Under the pieces are notes generated by a model. The model saw only the letters and a list, made by a program, of their open reading frames with translations, searched no databases and had not been told where the DNA came from. The translations under genes and the position numbers were made by a program. From Candidatus Micrarchaeota archaeon (GTDB lineage: Archaea > B1Sed10-29 > JAJRYS01), in contig CAZXTN010000001.1 of NCBI GenBank assembly GCA_964643685.1, positions 34,967-98,966 of the forward strand: a stretch of 64,000 bases of DNA, read 5' to 3'. Of this stretch, positions 57,916 to 64,000 are shown in pieces (positions within the stretch are counted from its first letter, which is position 1; every line of letters begins with the position of its first letter).

Positions 57916-59376
57916 ATGGAGTTAATCAGGGGCCCTTGGAAAAATTTATTCAAAGGCAATTGGGATGGTTATGAAATAGAGGTTAAGGAGAATCCTGAAA
58001 AGGAGATTCTTACTTTGATTTATGAAAAAGAAAAGGCAGGGGCAGTGAGTTTAGTAACTAGGTTTTATCACGTTCAGGGAAATGCGCATAGGTTAACTGA
58101 AGAGTTTAAAAATTACTCAACTATCATTGAAAAGCAGTTTCCAACTCATAAGACTGTTTTTTTCAGCATATCTTCTGGCCCAAGTTACAGTTCGCTTGAA
58201 CTCTTAAATCAGGTTGTTGAAGAGCAGTTTAAAAAAATAGAGGCAGAAGCAGAGGATTTGAATGAAAAAACAAGACTTTTTTCCCTGACTTTGACTGAAT
58301 TGAAAAGAGCAGGCAAGGATGTTCAAAGAGAGTTGCTGTCAGATCCTCTTTTAATGACTTCTCTGATAACAGGAGAGGGAAAAGGAGTAGAGCCTGTAAG
58401 GGCAAGCGTAAAAGTTCCTCTTGGAAAAACGCTTGAAGGAGTGGAGAAGGAAGAGGATATTAATTCTTTCTTAAGCACTTTAATTATAGGAAATGAAGTT
58501 GAAGTTGAAAAAGCAGTGCATGTTATTCTTGAAAACGCGGTGCTTGCTGGAAAAATAGGCATAGTGTTTGATTATGACGGAAGTTTTTCAAAAATGAATT
58601 ACCCTAACAGGAATTTTGATTACCAGAAAGAACAGCAGGTGCAACCAATCGGGCTTCCTATTAAGCATGCTGAGATAAGTGAACTTGGCATTGATTTGAA
58701 GCTGCTGGATAAGAAAATGCTTGCTGAAATTTTTTCAATTGACTCTGAAGGTTTCATAGCAGAAGAAGCAAGGGAAGTGATGGCAACTGCTTTTGAAAAA
58801 AACAAGGAGGAGATTAATTCTCTTGAGGATCTTGAACAGAAAGTGATGATGACAAGCGATGAAACTAAAAAGTTTCATGTTTACAGGGCTGTGAGGTGGT
58901 TGAAGGTTCTTGGAAAAAAGTACCCTGGTTATTTCAAAGGAGAAACAAGTTACAGGAAATTCATACCTCCTTATTCCAAATCAATGGGTTCGATAATAAG
59001 AGTGAATGTAAGCGGAGAAAAGAGCATGGTAAAAAAAGCTCTTCTTTATTCTCTTGTAAAAACAATGGAAAAAGATTATGAAAAAACATTCTCTTCATTT
59101 CAATTGAAATCAATAGCATGCTTGGTTAAAGGAAAAGATTACTTTCCAACTGAGCCTGTGAAGGAAATTGAAAAAGAGTTGATTAAAACTTATTCAAAGG
59201 CTCTTGAAAAAGGAATTGGAGTGGCAGCTGGTTTTGAATCAGAAGCAGAAGCTAATGAATTCATGCTTGACACTGAAACAATCAGAATAAGCTTTATTTC
59301 GCAATCAGAAGCAGCTGTTAAGGAAAGGAACTCACGCCCTTACAGGATAAAATTAAGGCAGAACATGTCTTCTTGA
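57916..59376 (+). CDS. Hypothetical protein (486 aa)
   Basis: ORF only. No Walker or catalytic motifs recognised. Confidence 0.4.
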   Translation: MELIRGPWKNLFKGNWDGYEIEVKENPEKEILTLIYEKEKAGAVSLVTRFYHVQGNAHRLTEEFKNYSTIIEKQFPTHKTVFFSISSGPSYSSLELLNQVVEEQFKKIEAEAEDLNEKTRLFSLTLTELKRAGKDVQRELLSDPLLMTSLITGEGKGVEPVRASVKVPLGKTLEGVEKEEDINSFLSTLIIGNEVEVEKAVHVILENAVLAGKIGIVFDYDGSFSKMNYPNRNFDYQKEQQVQPIGLPIKHAEISELGIDLKLLDKKMLAEIFSIDSEGFIAEEAREVMATAFEKNKEEINSLEDLEQKVMMTSDETKKFHVYRAVRWLKVLGKKYPGYFKGETSYRKFIPPYSKSMGSIIRVNVSGEKSMVKKALLYSLVKTMEKDYEKTFSSFQLKSIACLVKGKDYFPTEPVKEIEKELIKTYSKALEKGIGVAAGFESEAEANEFMLDTETIRISFISQSEAAVKERNSRPYRIKLRQNMSS

Positions 59377-59406
59377 AACGAGGAGGAGTGAAAAGAAGAA
59401 AGTTTG

Positions 59407-59853
59407 TTATTTATTAAGATTGTCTTTGATTAATTCTTTTACTTGGTTTAAAGTAACGTATTCCATTGGGTTTACAGTGTCTAACACGTATTTCATTTCA
59501 TTAATGTCTTGGCGCATGGAGTCAATTAATTCCCTGTTGTAGTTAATTTCCTTGACTAAGTCTTTTACAAGAGAATTAAGTTCTTCAATTTGGGAAACTA
59601 TTTTAGAGTCAATTTGCGGCTGAGTAGAGACAAGCTCATGGCTTTGCATGGTGGAGCTTCCTGTCCTTTCAAGTTCTTTAAGCTTCTTGTTGTGGTTGAC
59701 AAGAGTTTTTCCAATAATCTGCTCGTTTTTCTCAATTACTCTCATTCTCTGAGCAACTACTCTTATTTTAGAATCAAGGGATTGAATTTCTGTTTTCAAT
59801 TGCCTTAAAACTGCTTGCCATTCCTTGTCAGCCATTAATTCAAATAAAAACAA
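59407..59853 (-). CDS. Coiled-coil hypothetical protein
   Basis: Heptad-rich ORF. Confidence 0.4.
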   Translation of the reverse strand: MFLFELMADKEWQAVLRQLKTEIQSLDSKIRVVAQRMRVIEKNEQIIGKTLVNHNKKLKELERTGSSTMQSHELVSTQPQIDSKIVSQIEELNSLVKDLVKEINYNRELIDSMRQDINEMKYVLDTVNPMEYVTLNQVKELIKDNLNK

Positions 59854-59887
59854 GGGTTAAATAAAAAGCTTACTTAAAAAACAATTA

Positions 59888-62182
59888 ATGAAAGGATTCA
59901 TATTTGACTTGAAAAGCGAAGGAGAAAAGATAAAAATTCTTTTCAAAAACAAGGAACAGGAAAAATTAATAGTAAAGGAATTTCCTCCTTATTTTTATTT
60001 GAAAAAATACGAGAAAGGCATAGAACAAATACCTGAAGTGAAAAAAGTTGAAAAAGAAAAAAAGGAAAAACAAGTTCTTTACAAGATAACAGTGGATAAT
60101 CCTGGTTCTGTGATTAAGCTAAGAGAGGACTTGAAAGAATTTGAGCCAATTGAAGCTAACATTCCACACGTTTATCGTTTTTTAATTGACAACAACTTGT
60201 ACGCCACAAGGACATATGAGTACGATGAGAAAAAAGCAGAGTTTAAAGAAGTTGAAAAGGAGGAAACGTATTTGAAAATGGCTTCTTTTGACTTGGAGGT
60301 TTACAACAAGGAAGGCATGCCTAACCCTGGAAAAGACCCTATTTTGATGATAAGCTACTGCGATGGAAAAGAGTCGAGAGTGTTTTACTGGAAGAAAAAC
60401 AAGGGAACTGAAAAGGAGATGATTCTTGACTTCTTATCCAAGTTGAAGAAGGAGAAAATTGATGTGCTGACTGGTTACAATTCCTCTGGTTTTGACTTGC
60501 CTTATTTGAAAAAAAGATGCAGTGTCTTGGGAATAGAACTTGACTTGTCAAAAGACGGTTCGCCTGTGCAGATTAAAAGAGGAGCGTTCAGCACAAAAGC
60601 AGATATTTTTGGCTTGCTTCACTTCGATGCTTATGATGGAGTGGCTTTTCTGAACAAAGTTGGGGCAATGAACATTCCTAAAAAAGACTTAGAAGCAGTT
60701 TACAAGGAGATGTTTGGCAAGGAAAAGCTTGACATAGAGCCGTGGAAGATATGGAGCATGTGGGAAAAAGGAGGAAAAGAGCTTGAAACCCTTATTCAAT
60801 ACAATAAGGAAGATGCAATAGCTGGTTATGAAATAGCAAAGGAGTTGCTTCCTCTTTATGTTGAAATCAGCAAACTAGTTGGGCTTCCGATATACGAAGT
60901 TACTAGAATGAGCACTTCTCAGATGGTGGAATGGCTTCTTATAAGAGAAGCAGTGCAAAGAAAGTTAATAATTCCAAACACTCCAAGTGAAAAAGAAGTC
61001 AAGCAAAGGATGATGAGGGGAATTGAAGGTGGTTTTGTAAAGCAGCCTGAGAAGGGACTGCATGAAAAAATTGCAGTATGCGACTTCCGTTCCTTATACC
61101 CTACTTTGATAATTGCTTATAACATTGACAAGACAACCTATAACAAGCCATGTAAGGATTACAACGTGTCTCCTAAAGGGCATAGGTTCTGCAAGAAGCC
61201 AATTGGCTTGATTCCAAAAATGCTTAAAGAATTTCTTGAAAAGAGAATAGAAATAAAAAAGGAGATGAAAAAGTACAAGAAAGGAACTCCTCAATACAAG
61301 TTTAATTATTATAGGCAATGGGCTTTGAAAATAATAGCTAATTCTTCTTATGGTTACATGGTTTACGCTCGCGCCAAGTGGTACTCACGTGAAGCAGGTG
61401 AATCAGTTACTTCATGGGCGCGTGAAAAAATTCATGAGACAATAAAAAAAGCTGAACAAGAAGGATTCAGCGTCTTGTACGCTGACACTGACTCTGTTTT
61501 TTTAAAACTCGGTGACAGAAAAACCAAGCAGGATGTGTTTGATTTTGTTGAAAAAATAAATGCGAGTTTGCCAGAGGGAATGGAGCTTGAATTTGAAGGC
61601 TACTTCCCAAGAGGAATTTTTGTAAGCGGAAAAGAAGGCAAGAGAGCTGTTAAGAAAAAATACGCTTTGATAAGAGAAGACGGCGGGCTTGAAATAAAAG
61701 GATTTGAATTAGTGAGAAGAGACTGGAGCAACATAGCAAAGGAAACGCAGAGGAAAGTAATCAAGGCAATTCTTGAACAAGGAAGCCCTGAAAAAGCAAA
61801 AGAGATTGTGAAAAAAACAATACAGGATATTAGGGACAGGAAAATTGACTTGAAAGAATTTGTAATTTACACTCAGATTAAAAGAAAAATTGACAAGTAT
61901 GAACAGCAGGCTCCTCATGTAAAAGCAGCTAAGAAGCTGATTAAAGCAGGTTATAAAGTGAAAACAGGAACTATGCTTGAGTACGTGATAGTGCAGGGTT
62001 CAGGCAACATTTCAGACAGGGCAATTCCAATTCAATTAATTGGAAACAAGAAGTATGACGCTGAGTATTACATTGAAAACCAAGTGCTTCCAGCTGTCAT
62101 GAAGATAATAAGAGAAGTTGGGGTAACTGAAGATGAGTTGAGGTACAAAGGCAAGCAAGAAGGGTTGAACAAATGGTTTTAA
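59888..62182 (+). CDS. polB: Family B DNA polymerase
   Basis: Exo I 'ASFDLEVYN', motif A 'DFRSLYPTLII', motif C 'YADTDSVFL', 'KIIANSSYGYM' (KxxxNSxYG). Confidence 0.9.
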   Translation: MKGFIFDLKSEGEKIKILFKNKEQEKLIVKEFPPYFYLKKYEKGIEQIPEVKKVEKEKKEKQVLYKITVDNPGSVIKLREDLKEFEPIEANIPHVYRFLIDNNLYATRTYEYDEKKAEFKEVEKEETYLKMASFDLEVYNKEGMPNPGKDPILMISYCDGKESRVFYWKKNKGTEKEMILDFLSKLKKEKIDVLTGYNSSGFDLPYLKKRCSVLGIELDLSKDGSPVQIKRGAFSTKADIFGLLHFDAYDGVAFLNKVGAMNIPKKDLEAVYKEMFGKEKLDIEPWKIWSMWEKGGKELETLIQYNKEDAIAGYEIAKELLPLYVEISKLVGLPIYEVTRMSTSQMVEWLLIREAVQRKLIIPNTPSEKEVKQRMMRGIEGGFVKQPEKGLHEKIAVCDFRSLYPTLIIAYNIDKTTYNKPCKDYNVSPKGHRFCKKPIGLIPKMLKEFLEKRIEIKKEMKKYKKGTPQYKFNYYRQWALKIIANSSYGYMVYARAKWYSREAGESVTSWAREKIHETIKKAEQEGFSVLYADTDSVFLKLGDRKTKQDVFDFVEKINASLPEGMELEFEGYFPRGIFVSGKEGKRAVKKKYALIREDGGLEIKGFELVRRDWSNIAKETQRKVIKAILEQGSPEKAKEIVKKTIQDIRDRKIDLKEFVIYTQIKRKIDKYEQQAPHVKAAKKLIKAGYKVKTGTMLEYVIVQGSGNISDRAIPIQLIGNKKYDAEYYIENQVLPAVMKIIREVGVTEDELRYKGKQEGLNKWF

Positions 62183-62225
62183 AACAAAAAGGATTAAAAA
62201 GAAATTGAAAAGGAGATAATTGCAA

Positions 62226-63158
62226 ATGAACGAAGAGGAAATTGAATGGATTGAAGAAGAAGATCCTAACAGGTTTGATTATTACTTGAAAGCAGGTAAA
62301 GTAGCAGGTGAAGCTAGGAAAAAAGCAGCTTCTCTTGTCAAGCCAGGTAAGAGTGTTTACGAGTTAGTTGAAGAGGTTGAGCAATGGATTTTGAAACAGG
62401 ACTGTGGTTGGAGCTTTCCAATTAACATTTCAATAAACCACCAGGCAGCGCATTATACCCCTAAACTGAATGATGAATTGACATTCGGCGAAAATGATGT
62501 AGTGAAAGTTGATGTAGGAACTCATTACAAGGGTTATATTGGAGACACTGCTGAAACAGTTGACTTAAGCGGAGAAAATGGAAAGCTTGTTGAAGCAACT
62601 GAACAGGCGCTTGAAAATGCTTTGTCAGTGATAAAAGCAGGCATAGGCAGCCATGAAATAAGCAGGGAAATAGAGGAAACAATTAAAGAGTATGGTTTTA
62701 AGCCAGTTGAAAATTTAGGTGGGCATATGCTTGAACAGTATGAGCTTCATGCTGGTTACTTCGTGCCTAATGTGGAGCAACAGGATTCATGGGAGTTGGA
62801 AGAAGGTTTTGCAATTGCGATTGAACCTTTTGCATCAACTGGAAAAGGGCATGTAAGCGAAGGAAGTTACACTGAAATATTCACTTATGAGGGGGATGTG
62901 CTTACAAGAAACAGCACTGCAAGACAAGTTCTTGAAATTATAAGAAATGATTACCCTTCATTGCCTTTTGCTGAAAGATGGCTGGCTAAAAAATTCAAAG
63001 ACAATGAATTTCAATTCAAGCTTGCTGTAAGGGAGTTAATGAAACTAGGTGCTTTGAAAGGATACCCAGTGCTTCAAGATGAAAAAAAATCGCTAGTAAG
63101 CCAAGCTGAAAAGACAATAATAGTTGAAAAAGATTCATGCAGGATTACAACGCCTTAA
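62226..63158 (+). CDS. map: Methionine aminopeptidase, type 2 (archaeal-type)
   Basis: 'VKVDVGTHYKGYIGDTAETV' (metal-binding D/D), 'GGHMLEQYELHAG' and 'AIAIEPFAS' (E ligand). ATG 62226 with 'aaggagat' upstream is preferred over TTG 62220. Confidence 0.8.
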   Translation: MNEEEIEWIEEEDPNRFDYYLKAGKVAGEARKKAASLVKPGKSVYELVEEVEQWILKQDCGWSFPINISINHQAAHYTPKLNDELTFGENDVVKVDVGTHYKGYIGDTAETVDLSGENGKLVEATEQALENALSVIKAGIGSHEISREIEETIKEYGFKPVENLGGHMLEQYELHAGYFVPNVEQQDSWELEEGFAIAIEPFASTGKGHVSEGSYTEIFTYEGDVLTRNSTARQVLEIIRNDYPSLPFAERWLAKKFKDNEFQFKLAVRELMKLGALKGYPVLQDEKKSLVSQAEKTIIVEKDSCRITTP

Positions 63159-63180
63159 AAAGAAACAGGTGTTTTGAAAA

Positions 63181-64000
63181 ATGAATTCAGATGAAAAAAA
63201 AGAAATGGTTCTTGAAATCTTTTTCCTGACTGCTTCAACTTTTTTATTCCTTTACTTTTTTTCAAAAACAGGCATAAGCTTTGACTACTCCTTTGACTTG
63301 ACAAAAATGCAGGAGTTAGCAAGCACGGAGCTTGTTAAAAACTTAGCAGCTTCTGTTTTTTTCATTTCTTTCAGCATTTTTTTAATTAATTACTTCGCAA
63401 GAGGAATTGTAAAAAAAGAAAGAGCAGTGACTATTACTTTAAGCATACTAACTGCCTCTCTTCTTTTTTATTACTTCAATGGATTGACAGAAGTAGGCAT
63501 TGCAATGATTTTGTTCTACTGGATTGGGTTAATGTTCATCTCTGTCAAGACGCATAAGAAGCCGAAGAATGTCTGGGAAAAAATAGGAATTGGCTGGAGC
63601 CATTCCAAGAACATCACTCTTGCTCTTGCAATAGGAGGGCTTGTTGTTGGCTTGTATTTCACTAATGTTAACCTAAGCGAGTACCAGAATCTTGTTAAAG
63701 AATCAATAATAACAGTTTCAGTTGAAGCTTCTCAGCAGTTCATGCCTGAAGGCTATGAGTTAGATTCTTCAATTGCTTCAACGCAAAGAGCCTTGTTTGC
63801 TAGTTTAATTGAAGACATGCCCTTGTTTCAAAGTTTTTTAGACTCTCTTCCTTTGTTAACTGGCTTGATGCTGGCAAGCATAATTTACACAATAGGCAAC
63901 ATGACAATTCCCTTCATTACTTCTTTCCTGTGCTTGTTTTTAAAAACAGAAAAAGAACCTGAAGTGAAGTTAAAGCATAGGAAAGGATTGTTTGACAACG
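63181..64000 (+). CDS. Polytopic membrane protein, 3'-partial (runs off window end)
   Basis: Open frame from ATG 63181 to the window end without a stop. Multiple hydrophobic helices. Confidence 0.45.
   Translation, partial: MNSDEKKEMVLEIFFLTASTFLFLYFFSKTGISFDYSFDLTKMQELASTELVKNLAASVFFISFSIFLINYFARGIVKKERAVTITLSILTASLLFYYFNGLTEVGIAMILFYWIGLMFISVKTHKKPKNVWEKIGIGWSHSKNITLALAIGGLVVGLYFTNVNLSEYQNLVKESIITVSVEASQQFMPEGYELDSSIASTQRALFASLIEDMPLFQSFLDSLPLLTGLMLASIIYTIGNMTIPFITSFLCLFLKTEKEPEVKLKHRKGLFDN

Noticed and set aside
57916-59376. HerA/FtsK-like or other defence-type ATPase next to coiled-coil proteins
   Set aside because: No Walker A or B, or any other catalytic motif, could be found in the 486-aa product. 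Left as hypothetical.

Overview
The window reads as a low-GC (roughly one-third GC by eye), densely coding archaeal chromosome segment. My guess is a DPANN-like or other small-genome archaeon, based on family B DNA polymerase, PAC2, pilins with class III signal peptides, FlaI-type ATPases and lysine-rich proteins. This taxonomic call is an inference. Layout: (i) 1-11.6 kb is a surface-glycan/N-glycosylation island: GT4 phosphotransferase AglH/WecA-like, two GT2, two GT1, a Wzx-like flippase, UDP-GlcNAc 2-epimerase, a SAM methyltransferase, a short nucleotide-sugar dehydrogenase and a deacetylase-like gene. (ii) 11.7-16 kb holds a HAD-phosphatase::phosphomannomutase fusion, a GGR-family reductase, dTMP kinase and a cis-prenyltransferase. 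(iii) 16-30 kb holds two type IV pilus-like (TFF) modules, each an ATPase plus a split TadB/TadC-like platform, with pilin candidates and large sequon-rich secreted proteins. The second ATPase carries an N-terminal poly-ferredoxin domain. (iv) 30-38.8 kb has PAC2, a flavin-reductase-like protein, and membrane/secreted proteins including a 1451-aa surface giant. (v) 38.8-48 kb is a third TFF module (ATPase and fused FlaJ on the minus strand) beside a convergent cluster of seven genes with KGQ/RGQ class III signal peptides, then an exosortase/archaeosortase-like gene. (vi) 48-57.3 kb has a 2050-aa surface giant followed by eight consecutive small membrane-protein genes, four of them clear paralogs. 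(vii) 57.3-64 kb has coiled-coil proteins, PolB, methionine aminopeptidase and a partial membrane protein. I found no rRNA, tRNA or CRISPR. The strongest candidate for a novel system is the multi-module pilus/surface-protein island, especially the ferredoxin-fused pilus ATPase, the seven-pilin convergent cluster and the small-membrane-protein array after the giant adhesin-like gene. The window also shows a strong synonymous-codon dichotomy between gene blocks, and a codon-usage switch inside the 1451-aa gene.
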